Positions 13,720 to 32,332 of a stretch of DNA of 64,000 nt are shown in pieces. Source of the stretch: the human T2T-CHM13v2.0 reference genome, Homo sapiens. The notes under the pieces were generated by a model, which did no database searches, was not told the origin of the DNA, and saw only the letters and a list, made by a program, of their open reading frames with translations. The translations under genes were made by a program, and so were the position numbers. The stretch is taken from NCBI RefSeq assembly GCF_009914755.1, contig NC_060925.1; one strand, 5' to 3'. Positions within the stretch are counted from its first letter, which is position 1. The number at the start of each line of letters is the position of its first letter.

Positions 13720-15040
13720 ACACATGCTTCTCAGCAATGGACTGAATTATGAGAGAGAAATATCCTTGATTATGTTCTATAACCAAGGATATAGAAGATC
13801 TGAATAACACAATCAATCAACAGGATATAATCTGCACATAGAGTACACTGTAGTCAAAAATAGCAAAATAGATATGTTTTGCAAACATCCATGAAACATT
13901 TATCAATATTGAACCTATGATCCTCGCTAATAAAAAAGTAAACAAACTTTATAAAGAAGAGAAGTCATATAGAATGTGTTCTCCGACCATAATGAAATTT
14001 GACTAGAACTCAATCACAGAACATAAAACAACCACTTCTAAAAAACCATGATTCAGAAAAAAAGTCTCAAAGTAAATTTTAAAGTGAAAAAAAAACTGAG
14101 TTAAAATGAAAATATTACTTATCAAATTATGTGGTATGCAACTAAAGCAGGACTGAGCAGAACATTTCTCGTATGAAATAAGAAATGATCTCAAATAAAT
14201 AACTTAGTCTCCTGCAGGAAACCTAGAAAAAGAAGATTAAAATAAATTCAAAGTAAGCAAAAGGAAGAAAATAAGAAACATAAAAGGAGAATCAAGAAAA
14301 TCAAAAATGAGAAAAATGAATAAACAACTAGTACTTCAAAAAATTCAATAAAGTTGTTAAAACTGTGGGGAGATTAACAAAAATAAAAATAGGAAAAACA
14401 CAGATCACCAATATCTGGAATTAGGTAAGGGATACCCCTATAGATTGTGTAGCTATAAAAGGTTAATAAGTAAATACTAGGAATAAATTTATGCTTATAA
14501 ATATAACCCAACCTAGAAGAAAAGAACTAACACCTCAAAAACCACAAACTTCCACAACTTATCCAGTATAAAATTTATGTTCTGAATAGCACTGCAACTG
14601 TTAAAGAAGTTGGAGCTAACACTTAAAGTTCCATAAAATAAAATAACCATGCCCAGATGGTTTCACTAGAGAATTTCACCAAACATTTAGAAAAAATTAA
14701 CGCCAATTTTGAACAATCCATTTCAGAAAATAGAAGATAAGGGAACACTTCCTAATTAATTTTATGCAGCAAGAATTACCTTGATACAAAAACCAGACAA
14801 AAGTAGTGTAAAAACAAAAACAAAAAATAGACCAATATCCCTCATTAAGTAAGACACAAAAACGCACAACAAAATATTAGCAAACACAACCTAAAATTTT
14901 TTTTAAAAAAACGAATTATACCCCATGGACTACTGGGGTTTATTCCAAGTATGCAGGACTGGTTCAATATTTGAAAATAAGTAAAAGCAATCTACTATAT
15001 TAATAAACTAAAGAAGCAAAATCACACATAGATCATAACA
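13720..15040 (+). mobile_element. L1M (L1M4/L1MC-type) ORF2 internal fragment
   Basis: 'gatatagaagatctgaataacacaatc', 'gcccagatggtttcactagagaattt' and 'caacaaaatattagcaaac' motifs. Confidence 0.85.
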
Positions 15041-15149
15041 GATCAAAGGAAAAGATGATGGCTGACAACGTGCCAAGATTTTGGAAAACACCCATCTTCA
15101 GATATGTAATGACAAGAGAATTGCAATGGCATTCACTATGTCCATGGAA

Positions 15150-16200
15150 AGCCTTGTTTGAAGAAGGAAAGGAAGGCCAGGGTGGCTGGAGTGCAGTGAT
15201 GAAAAAGAGAATGGTAGGAAATAGAACCAGAGACAGCAATAAAAGGGTTGACTCCTGCAGGGCCTTAATAATCACGGTAAGGGTTTAGAATTTTATTCCA
15301 AGTTTAATGAGAAGCCATTGGAAGTTACTGCTGAGTAGAAGGGTGACACTATCTGGCTGAAAGGAAAAGGTCAATTGATTCAAAAATGATTTCCTGCAGG
15401 CTGTCCTCCCAAAGAAAAGAAGCTGGCCTGTTTGAGAGCACCATGGAGACCAGCAATAGCCTTGTGATTAAGAAATGAATCCCATCAGCTAAAATACTTA
15501 CATGAAAGGGAGGGCTTCTTGCTCTCCAACTGTTAGTGCTAAGGTGGCAAATCATACTACTGGCTCATCTCCTCATATAGCTGCAACTATAGGGCTGTAT
15601 CATTTCCTTTATTACTCCATAGGGAGTTGTGTTCCTGTAACTGTGAGCTGGCAGAATAGGGCTGCCGTCTTGCTATTGGATCTCAGTCTGTGATCAGGGC
15701 ACACGGGAGCACTTCCATAACTATGCTCTTACAAGGCTCAGGTCAGCATCTCTCTCTAAGACTTATGCCCGTTTATATTAGATCGCTATGCACTTTCCTA
15801 CAATGCAATGGGTGGCAGGGGGCTCACACTTTTGTTATTGTCCTGCCTCAGTGAGTTGTTCCCAGTAGAAATTGCTCTGGCAAAACTGATAGGCATGTGC
15901 TTTGTTGCAGTTGTCTATGGTTTGCTACACATTGGCTTAATCAAAAACAAAAAAACAAAAACTCTGGCTGCTGCTAAGAAGAGAATAGACCAAATGAAAT
16001 CAAGAGCATAATTACATATATAATCCTGGAACCTACTCCTATAATCCAAATGAGAGATGATGATAACAGATAATTTGTCAATTGCTGCGTTTATGTTAAA
16101 CGCTGGGTTTATGTTAAAGGATTTCCCGATTGATTGAATCTATGGTATGAAAGAAAGAAGAAGTCAGTACTGACACAAAGGGTAGAGGCATCTGTTATTA
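15150..16200 (-). mobile_element. L2 fragment, split by an LTR
   Basis: 'ggccagggtggctggagtgcagtga', 'gaagccattggaag', resuming at 'actctggctgctg...gaatagac'. Confidence 0.75.
15358..15931 (-). mobile_element. Solo LTR of unassigned family
   Basis: TG...CA ends; 5-bp TSD ctggc/ttggc; minus-strand TATA-like (about 15772-15778) followed by AATAAA (about 15608-15613); cleanly interrupts L2. Confidence 0.65.
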
Positions 16201-16599
16201 GATAATTTAGGAAAGAGGAGATCAAGATGAAAGCTTCACTGAAGGAAGACCCTTGAGAGAACTTTTCATTTGCTCACAGCCTTTGACAAGGACAATATTT
16301 CACTGAAGGCCAACATCTTCTGTATGTTGAAAGTCTCAAGAATCCTCAGCATCCATCAGAATGTTAACAATAGTGGATACAATGTGCACTCCTGATAATG
16401 AAGAAATTAGATTTACACATGTACATAGAGTTTCATATTTAGAGAAAAGGCTACAGCATTGGATAATGCACAAAGAAATTTCTGTATCATAAAGGAAAGG
16501 AAGAAAAGAAAAGAAGCATATTGCCTGTTGTATTCTCTTCTTTTCCCCGTCACAATTATATTTCCTAGCGGTTATCTATATTCTAAAGATTGAGTGCTT

Positions 16600-17200
16600 A
16601 TCATTCAACTGAAAATGATTCTCGTCAAAGTGATCCACTTCTCTGGTAAATCTAAAATGTGAATTTGAATGTTATTTTGTTTTCCAACTCCCCAGAGAAT
16701 CACTTCCTCATCTTAATTACTTTCTATTCCGGACTTCTATAAGGGACTTCTTAGTTAGGTTTAATTGTCTTCCTTTCCTTTTTCTTCTCAATCTGCATAC
16801 TCTCTTTCATGAAGTCTTTTCTCCCACGCACTAATTTATACCTCAAGCTTGATGATAATCAAATCAGTATCAGCATCTAGACAGCGCTTATGAATTTTAG
16901 AACAGTACATCAAATTACCTGGCTCCTAAATTCCTCTATTAGTGTGTTCCCTAAACAATTTAAACCCAAATGTCCAAAATGGAAATTTTCATCCCCATCT
17001 CAAACTGTTACTATTCTTGAGTTCATCTTTTAAATATAAAAAACATTAATTTATTTACCAGTCATATAGTCTTGAATTTATCTTCTTTCCTCATTCCTTG
17101 CAATTATTACTTGTTAATTCCTGTTTATCTTTTGAATTCATACCACTGACTTTTAGTACCATTATTATCTCTTCATGGATTACAATCAATATTTTTGAAT
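16600..17200 (+). mobile_element. L2 fragment
   Basis: Decayed L2 RT/3' motifs ('ttgatgataatcaaatc', 'aaacccaaatgtccaaaatggaa'). Confidence 0.6.
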
Positions 17201-17574
17201 GAATATATAATAGAGAAAATCGTGTTTTACATAATCTAATTTTAGACTTTATTTTGCAAATTAACATAATGAATCCAGGTAGGGCTACATGTGGCCGGTG
17301 GTTTATAGACTAGTTTAATTTATATTAGAAATGGCTACAAGATATCTATCTTTAAGAGGTAAGGGTTTTGAAGAGAGGAAAGGGTTAAAGAAGCTTTCTA
17401 GGGAGAGTTTAGGAACCTGGTTTCACAGGCTGGCTCTATAGTTGAAGGAAAGCATTGGGAACAACTGAGAAACGTGCAAGATATTAAGAGAAATAGAGGG
17501 AAAAGATATGAACAGTTTTGTAAATTACACATTTAACTCCACCATACACCTGTTAGTACATTCTTAGAAACTAT

Positions 17575-18553
<979 letters not shown>

Positions 18554-18699
18554 CTGTTGAAAATATTTTAAATTGCTTGGTAATTATTTGTGGATGCCGG
18601 TCCAGTATGAATGCTACGCTGGATGCACATGAATCTGCAGATAGCACCAAGGTTTTTTCCGTTGATTGCACATTTTACTCTTTGTTATTTCAATGTTGA

Positions 18700-19035
18700 A
18701 TATCCTCATCCCGCCCGCACCTCTCTTTCAACCCTGGCTCTAATTTATCTTTCACAATTCAATTTAGATTAGACTGCATCCATGTTATTAACCAATCTCT
18801 TACGCTGACCTTGCTACTACTAGTTTAGGAGTCTCTTTTCCCTGCCTTGATACATATTTATCTTACCAGAGCAATGATCATGCCAATCATTCCCTCCTTA
18901 AACTGGTAGTATCTTAAATATTTATATAGAGACAGAGATCTATAGAGATATGATCTTAATTGCTGTTATAGTCTGAGAGCCTGGCCCAGTGATCTCTTAA
19001 TAATAAGCATTTAATAAATATTTGTTTAATGAATA
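18700..19035 (+). mobile_element. L2 3' end
   Basis: 'gagcctggccc...atttaataaatatttgtttaatgaat'. Confidence 0.6.
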
Positions 19036-19100
19036 TATGCCATATTAATACACGTTTACCATGTAAATATAAAAATAAAGTGCTCATTATATTTGAAATA

Positions 19101-19415
19101 CATTCATGAATCACATAACATTTTGGTCAATGACAATCCATATATATGATGGTGGTGCCATAAGATTCTAAAGAAATTGAAAAATTCCTGTTGCACAAAC
19201 ACTTACTGGTGTGTTACTATTTCCTTCTAGTATGCAGTATAATGACCTGTTGAACGGTTTTGCAGTCTAGGAGCAACAGGCCATACCATCTATGTCTGTC
19301 TAAGTATGAGTGCTCTATGATGCTCTGAGTGCTCTATGATGTTAGCACAACGATGAAATCTCCTAACCATGCATTTCTAAGAACAAATTCTCATGGTTAA
19401 GAGATGCATGGATTC
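19101..19415 (+). mobile_element. Tigger3a (Golem/MER7-type)
   Basis: 'cataacattttggtcaatgac...gatggtggtgccataagatt...aaaattcct', ending 'ttaagagatgcatgg'. Confidence 0.85.
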
Positions 19416-20249
19416 AAGTTGCTACAATGTATATGTGCTTAGTGTTTTTTGAATCATTAAGTTTTCTGGAAACCTAATGTTTCCAGAAAAAAAGTTGATG
19501 ACTGCAAGTATAAAATATATGAAACAAGTATACATGAAAGCAAAGAGAAAAACAAAAGAAATTCATAAAATGAATAGCTATCGAAGAATCCCATCTATTT
19601 ACTATATGTTTTCCATCATATCGAAAATCATATATTTTCATTTTATGGAAAAGTTTGACGATTTTATTTGTAGTAAAAAATTTAAAGGCAGCAGCAAGTG
19701 CAACGTAAGTCTTTATTGAAAAAGTTTGTTAAAATATTCTGTATGAGTCTTGGGTGATTCTCGGCTCACTAAAGCTTGTATTTTATCTTATCTCCAATGA
19801 TGTGGCATCTGACTCAGTGTAAAGACTTGTGATCATTTATTTGATTGCAACCATCTGTTTTCTAAAAGTCATTTATCTCTCTCAGGATTTGGAATAATAT
19901 CTACAGATTCCTAGGGTGCCCTCTTTCTTTTCCCTTGAGGAAAATTACTTTGTCTTGATTGCCTATTTCTTTTTTATTCTCTCCTGGGTTTTGTCCTAAA
20001 TCAACCCTGTCCTTGGGGAGTTCAAAGGCAGCAATTAGGAAGTTTGAGTGTAAGAACTACCAGTGACTGCATATGAGAGAAAATGAATATGTGTGTGTTC
20101 AGGGGCCCCATGTGCCTTTCCATCTGCTTTCAGCCCATTAAATTCTCATTTGGAAGCAATGGCATACAGAGAAGTCAGAACATTTACTGTAACATGGTTT
20201 TCTCTAGCTACAATATGGCATTGCTAATAGGAGAAAATCTAAGAACTTA

Positions 20250-20465
20250 CCTATCATGAGCAGATTTTGTGTGCCTATTACTTTATAAAGCAATTTACTT
20301 GTATAATCTATCAACTCCTCACAACAATTCAATGAGGTAGACATTATTTTATTTTCCCGTAAAAAAAAAAATTTAAGGATTGCAGACTTGCCCAAGGAAT
20401 CCTAGCTAGTTAAGGGCAGAGATGAATTCAAATCTGTGTCTGAACAGCTTCAAGACTCATATTTT
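20250..20465 (-). mobile_element. MIR
   Basis: 'ctcctcacaacaattcaatgaggtag...acttgcccaagga...ctagttaagggcagag'. Confidence 0.8.
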
Positions 20466-20699
20466 CGTAGAAAGCTCTTTACCTCCCATAAATATTTAAC
20501 AGCATTTTAGTTTTACTATGCTTTCAACTTGGTCCAAAGTTGTCTTTCAGCTTGGTGGTGTATGCATTCTACGAATCTCAGAGTATATATAAGGAGAGTA
20601 TCAGACATAGCTGTGTGCTAAAAGATGTTTATAGCCTAGTTGGAAGGGAAGCATATGAACAAGTACAAAATATTTCACTAAATAAAATGTAACAAAAAT

Positions 20700-24210
<3,511 letters not shown>

Positions 24211-24212
24211 TG

Positions 24213-24852
24213 TGCCATCAAAGAAAACCAGAAGCAGACAGTAGTTAAAGCAATAAAAACAGATTTTCCTCAAGAATTGGTGATATTTTGATAAGGACCA
24301 TGACATCTCTACAATGATGAGAGAGATTGACCATAGTTTCCTTGTAACATCTTTTTTGTATGGTTTATTGAATTAGGGTAATTCTGGCATCACAGAATGA
24401 GTTAAGGAAGTACTCCCTTTGCTTCTGTCTTCTGGAGAAACTGTAGAGAGTCGGTATAATTTCTTATAGAATTTGTAATAGAGGAAAAGGGACTTCCACA
24501 AAGAACTGTCCTCAATTCTGAAAACAGCACGGATAAATGGCGATTTACAGCCAAGGAGCAGAGACTGCAAGGGGAGGCAGTGAGTAGATGGAAAATTACT
24601 GAGGAAATATCAGGTATTGGGACATTCTGGCTGAAGTGGCTTGAGAACATTCTTGCTGAAGGCAGGCCAGGGTGATCATACATCACTGGGAGGGGTGAGG
24701 GATGAGGAATTTGATTAGATATTGAAGGTGGGGGAATCTCATTCAACTGACTTTGCAAGATTCTTGCTACAACTGGGCAGTGCAGGCCCAAGGACAGACA
24801 GAAAGTACAAGGCCTGGAGGGCTTAGAGTTTAGTCAGGGAATCAGTGCTCTT
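24213..24852 (-). mobile_element. MER31-type solo LTR (ERV1) with an internal L1 insertion
   Basis: 'aaagaaaaccag..gacagtagttaaagc', 'gccaaggagcag', 'cttgctgaaggcaggccagggtgatca'. Confidence 0.85.
24279..24467 (-). mobile_element. Internal L1M ORF2 fragment without poly(A)
   Basis: 'agggtaattctggcatcacagaatgagttaaggaagtactccctttgcttctg'; flanked by agaatt (24273-78 and 24468-73). Confidence 0.75.
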
Positions 24853-24948
24853 AGGAAGCTGATCTATTTCAGATTTTCAGATGAGCTTGATCACTTTAAG
24901 GCTTGTTCTTAAGCCTTACCCTAAGCATTGCTTTACTCTCTCCTAAGG

Positions 24949-25251
24949 TTTTTGTTGTTGTTATTGTTTGACGGAGTCTCACTCTGCTGTTGCACAGGCT
25001 GGAGTCCAGTGGCACGATCTCATCCCACTGTAACCTCCACTTCCCAGGTTCAAGTGATTATCCTGTCTCCACCTTCCCAGTAGCTCTGATTACAGGCATG
25101 AGTCATCATGCCCGGCTAATTTTTGTATTTTCAGTAGAGACAGTGTTTCACCATGTTGGCTAGGATGGTCTTGAACTCCTGACTTCAGTGATCCTCCTGT
25201 CTCGGCCTCCCAAAGTGCAGGGATTACGGGCGTGAGTCACTGGGCCTAGCC
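24949..25251 (-). mobile_element. AluS (Sx/Sz-like)
   Basis: Reverse dimeric Alu with (TTG)n tail. Confidence 0.95.
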
Positions 25252-26709
25252 TAGGCATCACCTTTCTTGGTCCTCTCCTGCTTCCCCCAGCTATCCATCA
25301 GGGTGTCTCCACTCTGACTGGTTGGGGTTCAAACTCTGCATGCTTCCTTCGATTTTTACCTACAATAACCTGGTAGTTACTTGCCCAACTTCATGCCTAA
25401 GCTTCACTCCTTGTATGTGCACATGAATATTCAGGAAAATATTTCAGAAATATTTGGAGCTCTTCCCTGTATACCTTCCTCCTCTCTGATAACTCTGCCC
25501 ATACCTCCAAGTCCCCAAGCTTCAGTTCTAGTCTCTTTAGCTCAATGAGATAACCATGCTCTCCTGATGCTCCCACCTTGTGAAGAATTTTAACAAATTA
25601 CATAGGCACAAAGCCTGGGCCATCCTAAGACTCTACTTGTTTCTTTCTCATCTCTCAGAATCAGGGTCTTGAGCTGCCTCTTGTCCAAAGCAAAAAAAAA
25701 CAAACAACAACAACAAAAAACCATTGGTGGAGGTTATTCCATAGGGGAAGAAGTGAAAGTCCAGAATGTCAGTTTGTGGTTTTGTTTTGTATTCCATCTT
25801 GGTAGCCCATTAGAACCTATCAAACTTATGGTTCATGGACATTGAAAAAAGGTTCTTGAATATAGTTACTATAAAAATCATCACATTTAAAGCATATTTC
25901 ATAATATATAACAGTGTGCAAAATGGGTCTTACCTTCATATAAGTACTGCAAAAGGTATACTATAACATTAAATCATTTTGATTGGCAGTCTGTCAATTG
26001 TAGACATATCATAGTTGATGAGGTCCTTTAAAGCCCATGCACTATGTAATACTTGTCCAAAGTATTGAAGGAGAGCATAAATGCCTCCAATTCTATAATG
26101 AGAAATAAAATGTGTTTTTCTGATGGCAAGGTATAGCATTTACTTTCATATGGCAGTGATGTGTAGAAAAAATGTGTTGATTCGCAGAAATATGAAAGTA
26201 GACCTTGTTTTTGGCATCCCTATTGTCACCTTATACATTTATTTACGGACATTTTAAATACTTTTCATACAATTTAGATAGAAATTTTCTCAGAAATTTT
26301 AATATAATTAGTATAAACTAACATATATGTGCATATTAAGCTCTTTTCTTTTGCCAGAATTGTTCAGAATTCCAAACTTTTCCTGTATTTCAAATATTGA
26401 GCTAATCTGAAGATAGAGTTCTTTCAATTTAAAAATGCTCTGTTTATAATGAGAACAAGATAAGGGAAAATGGCATGAATTTTGAAATGTTCTCCAGAGA
26501 AATTTCTGAAACATGTAGCTCTTTTTCTTATTTTCAAAAGGTGAACTATACTGTCATATACCTCTCAACTAAAAAAATGTGTTTGGTTATGAAAATGTAT
26601 CCCTCCAATGAAACAATTTTATTTTCTCTTAGTTCTTGTCATTAAGTTGTACTTTTGAAAGCCATAGATAAAACTGTTAGCATTTCTTTCCCTATATCAT
26701 ACGGTAGAG

Positions 26710-26712
<3 letters not shown>

Positions 26713-26758
<46 letters not shown>
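26713..26758. repeat. (CA)23 microsatellite
   Basis: Perfect dinucleotide run. Confidence 0.99.
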
Positions 26759-26761
<3 letters not shown>

Positions 26762-29356
26762 AGATGCACGTTAGTTTATTTCTTCATGATCTCCTAGTGC
26801 ATTGTATATCAAATTATAATTGTTTATCTGAGAAAAAAAGAGAATTATTTCATTAATTATTGTTGATCATTGCATCAGTCATGCCAGACTACTAACGTTT
26901 TCTCAAACTGAATAGCCCATCTATTTAAAATTAAACAAACAATTTTAACTCAATGTCTGTCTGTAATTAAATACTCATTGCTAAAAACAAGAAGAAAGTC
27001 CTGGTTAGTGTACCCAATACGTCCAGCATTGTAAGTATTTCTTTTTAAAAGTAGGTTTAGTAAATAATCTCAGCAGAATTTTAGTCAAACATAAACATGA
27101 ATGCTAAGTAAAGCTGACTATGATGTAGAAATTATGAAGCAGCTGAAATCCTCAAATTTTTAGAAAATTTCTAGGCATATAATTTCTCATAGGACGATTT
27201 TTGTAGAAACAATTGAAAATATGCCTTTGAATTTAACTTAACTTGGTCTACTTATGACATTTTATCTCATCAGCAGTGAGACCATATTCTCATAATGTAG
27301 TTACTAAATGCTCTTAACAATACAACGATTACAAGGATCGAAGTCAAATTCCTGAGATGCATGGGAGCTTCAGTTTCTTTCAAGATCAAATTCCCAAATT
27401 ATTGATGTGGGATATATTCCCCAAAATGAGGAATGTACATTTTGTATCAATGACAACCTTTACAGCTAATCACATAAAAAGAAATATTTTTTATTTTAAA
27501 TTCTGTCTATTTTTATTGTTTACCTCTATTACAAATATCTATAGCCAAAGGAGTACTTATTCTCTATTGTTCTATATAAGTTTTGGGGATTTGAGGATAA
27601 TCTAGTACTAATAATTTTGTTTGAAGCACCGAAATTTATAGCTTTGCCTAGAACTGGTGTGGATTCGTATTTATGTCAGAATTGAAAACATTAATCCATT
27701 CATAGATAAGCTAGCATGTATACAAATGAAAGATAGAAATAATAAGAATGTATGCTATTGTTTCAGAAGGCCAGACTTACTATTATCCAAACTGAATCTA
27801 TTGTCTGTTTCAGCCTAACACGGAAAGTATCTCAGTGTAAAATTTAAAAATAATATTTACCCGTATCATACTTGATTTACTGTGCTTGTTAAGAGAGCAG
27901 TTTGCATCTATTGGAGTAACATTAAAAACCCGAAGTCCTTAGAAAGTCACTCTGTATACTACTCTCAAGCCCTTACACATTTATATGCCCTACACACCCA
28001 TAAAGGTATTCTCATTACATCTTTGAAGTACAAAAAGCAACGCAATGACATCCTGAGAAATGTATATGTGTAATTGCATGCTTGTATATATTAAACACAT
28101 TATAATGCCTAGCCAAATTAACATCGAATTTCACTTAAAGACCTATTTATCTTATTTTCTATTTATCACTACATTGTATTGGGCATTCAACAAATTACAA
28201 GGCTTGTTAACAGGCAAGAATAATAATAGTCTGAAGAAACAAAACAAGTATTAGAATTAGACTCAAGTATGACATAGGCTTTAAAATTACCAGAAAAGAA
28301 TTTAAGTTAACTATGATTAAAATGTAAATGGTTCAAATAGAAAAAATTAGAGAACATGCAAAATTAGATGGAGAATATAAGATGAAAGATATTAAGTCTA
28401 AGAAAACAAATCACATAGAAATTCAATAAATCAAAGACATGGTAATAGAAATAAAGAATGCCTTCTAGTGGCTCACCAATGTATACAACAAGGCCAATGA
28501 AATAATCATTTAGCTTGAAGATACGGAAATAGAAACTTCTTAAAACTGAAATTAAAAGAGAATAAGAAATGAAAACAAAATACAGACCAAAGCACATGAA
28601 AATATTGGGATAATTTCAAAAGGTGTAACATATATATTGGAATACTAGTGGGAGAAGAAAAATAGAATGGAGCTTTAAAAATATTAAATAATTGTAGCCA
28701 AGAATATTTCAAGATTAATTGCAGACACCAAAGCTGAGGGAGTACAAAGCAGGATAAATACAAAGAATGCTATGTCTAGTCATATCATGTTCAAAATATA
28801 GAAAATCAAAGACAAAAGCAAAACATCGAAAAAAGACAGGGAGGAAATTATATTACCTACAGTGGAATAAGAACAAAAATGACAGTGAACTTCTTGTCAG
28901 AAACCAGGCAAACAAACAGAAGACAGTAGAGTGACATATTGAAGTGTTGACATAAAAAGTAACCAACCCAGAGTTCCATATCCACTGAAATTATCCTCAA
29001 GATGTAGCATACATAAACTCGGAGACAAAACTGAGAGCACTACCCTTCAAGAAATATTAAAAGTTCTTCAGAGAAAAAGAAACTGATATAGATAAGAAAT
29101 CTGGAGCCACATAAAGAGATAAGAGCATCTGAGAAAGAATAAATAGAACTAAAATAAATTGTTTGTTTATCCTTAATCTAATAGATAACTGCTTACTTAA
29201 AGTAATAATAGTAACAATGCACTACTGATTATAACACATGGAGGCATAAAATGAATGACATCAATGTTATAAGGAACAGGAGTCAAGTATTCAAAATACA
29301 TTGATATAAGAAACCAGCTGCAAATTATAATGTGTAATTTGAAAGTGGACTTAGAC

Positions 29357-29448
29357 TATATATATATATATACGACATATAGATTTGTGTATATATGTAT
29401 GTATACTTATACATACATACATACACAGAATCACACACATACACATAT
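29357..29448. repeat. (TA)n/(CATA)n low-complexity tract
   Basis: Directly visible. Confidence 0.85.
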
Positions 29449-29679
29449 GAAACACTAATTTTATTAAAAAATTATAATTGATATATTAAGAGAGGAGATA
29501 AATATTGCAGAAAATGCCCAATTAAAATATGAGATGACAGAAAAAAAGGGGAGGGAAAAGAGAAAAAACGAGTAATTAATAGATAGAAAATAGTAACAAA
29601 TACAGTAAATATTAATTCCACTTTAGAAAGCATCACTTTATTGTGAGTGATCAAAATATACCAAATAAAAGAAACCTTA

Positions 29680-30054
<375 letters not shown>

Positions 30055-31880
30055 TCATATAATTTAAAAATTTGGCAAAAGACCCAAAATAGCCAATACT
30101 GCCTTGAAGGAGAAAAACAAAGTTAGAAGAATAACATTCCTGACTTCAAGACTTACTATTAGCTACAGTAATTAAGACAGTATGGTACTGGTGGAAAAAA
30201 ACGGCAAATAGATCAACCGATATGGAATAGACACTCCAGAAATAGATCCACATCAATATTGCAACTGATCTTTGACAAAGTAGCAAAGGCAATACAATGG
30301 AAAAAATATAGACTTTTTCAAGAAATTATGCCAGGACAGCTAGATATCTATAGGGAAAAAAAAAAAAAAGAATGTAGACCTTAATCTTTCACAAAAATTG
30401 ATGCAAAATGGATCGTAGACCAAATGTAAAATACAAAACAAAAAAACTCTTTAAAATATATAGGAGGAAATTTAGAAGACCTTAGGTATGGTAATGACTT
30501 CTGAGATACAACACCAAAAGCATGATTCATGAAATAATTGATAAACTAGAAGACTTCATTATAATAAAAAATTTCTGCTCTAAGAAAGACACTGTCAAGA
30601 GAATGAGAAGACAAGCCACAGATCAGAAGAAAATATTTCAAAAGCATATCAAATAAAGTACTGTTATTTAAAATACACAATTTTTTAAAAATGTGCAACA
30701 AGAAAACAAATGAAGAAAACAATGAAAAAGGGAGCAACAAATCTGAACGCCTCATCAAAGATATACAGATGATAAATAGGCATATGAAAAGATCCTCAAC
30801 ATTGTCATTAAGGAGTTGCACATTTAAAAAACAATGAGATACAACTGTATGCCTGTTAGAATGGCAAAATTCCAAAACACTGGCAACACTAAATGCTGAT
30901 GAGGATGTGGAGCATCAGGAACTCTCATGCAAAATGGAACAGCTACTTTGGAAGACAGCTTAGTTGTTTCTCACAAAACTAACCATACTCTTACCATTAG
31001 ATTCAGCAATCCAAAAGACTCAAAAACGTATTCATACAAAAATCAGCACAAGAATTTTTAGAGCAGTTTTATTTATAATTGCCACCAAGATGACCCTCAG
31101 TAGATGAATGAATGAATAAACAGTGGTGCATCCAGGCTATGGAATATTATTCAGCACTAAAAGGAAATGAGCTATCAAGCCATGAAAACACATGGAAGAA
31201 ACTTAAATGCATATTACTAAGTAAAAGAAGCTAATCTGAAAAGGCCATGCACTGTGTTTCTAACTATATTACATTCTGGAAAAGGCAAAACTAGATATAC
31301 AGTAAAAGGATCAATGGTCTCCAGGGGTTGAGGGAAGGGGAAGGATGAACAGAAGGAATACTGAGGATTTGTAAAGCAGTGAAACTATTTTCTATGATAC
31401 AATAATGGTGCATGTATGTCATTATACATTTGTCTAAAGCTATAGAACACACAATCCCAAGAGCAAGCCTTAATGTAAACCATTACGTGATTACGACTTT
31501 TAGTGATAATGGTGTGTCAATGTAGGTTTATGGGTTGTAACAAATGTATCACTCTAGTGGGGGATGTTGGTAGTGGGGTAAGGCTGTACATGTTTGCACG
31601 TAGGGAGCATAGAGGAAATCTTTGTACTTTCTCCACAATTTGGCTGTGATTCTAAAACTGTTCTTAAAATAAAGTCTATTTAAAAATAAAGAAAGAAAAT
31701 GTGTTAAACCCAGAGCTGACACATATGGCTTCTGAGATATGTAGCAAGAAAAAAAGGGTGTGACCCATCCACTCCACATCTTTTCAACACCCTGAGTTAT
31801 TTTTTCTGCCTCCACATTGCCTACTCTCCCATCTCAAGCCTTCTTAGGCCAAAGTGTTTCCAAAGATATTCTAAGAGCAA

Positions 31881-32332
31881 TGAAAACCAGCCCAGCTGTC
31901 CCACAGAAATGGTGTTTACAGTCTTTTAAATAAACATAGAAATCAACCCTCCCTGGTCTTAAAACTTGAAACTTACATTTATCTTACCTGAGTTCCTTCA
32001 TCAGGAAACCCCCCTCAGGCAAGAAACTGAAACTTACCAGATCACTGCATCCACATGAGAAGCCAGACACCACATCCCTCACAATTGCTTCCTTACTCCT
32101 TCCTAATTCTGGGTTTTCACAAGTAGCTACATTCCTTCCCCTCTATATAAACCTTCAATTTATATATTTCAGTTGGCTGAAAGAGATGGATTAGAAACTG
32201 ATCTCATGTCTCTCCATTTGACATCACCCAAATAAAAAGCTTTCTTTCCTGGCAATACTCCTTGCCCCAGTGATTGGCTTTCAGTGTGGTGAGCAATGGC
32301 AACTATAACAAACCCTTGGTGTTTCCATAACA
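31881..32332 (+). mobile_element. ERV1 MER4-group solo LTR (LTR54/LTR51-like)
   Basis: tgaaaaccagcccagctgtcccacaga...aataaacatagaaat...; TATA 'tatataaa' near 32144, AATAAA near 32231, ends 'gtttccataaca'. Confidence 0.85.
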
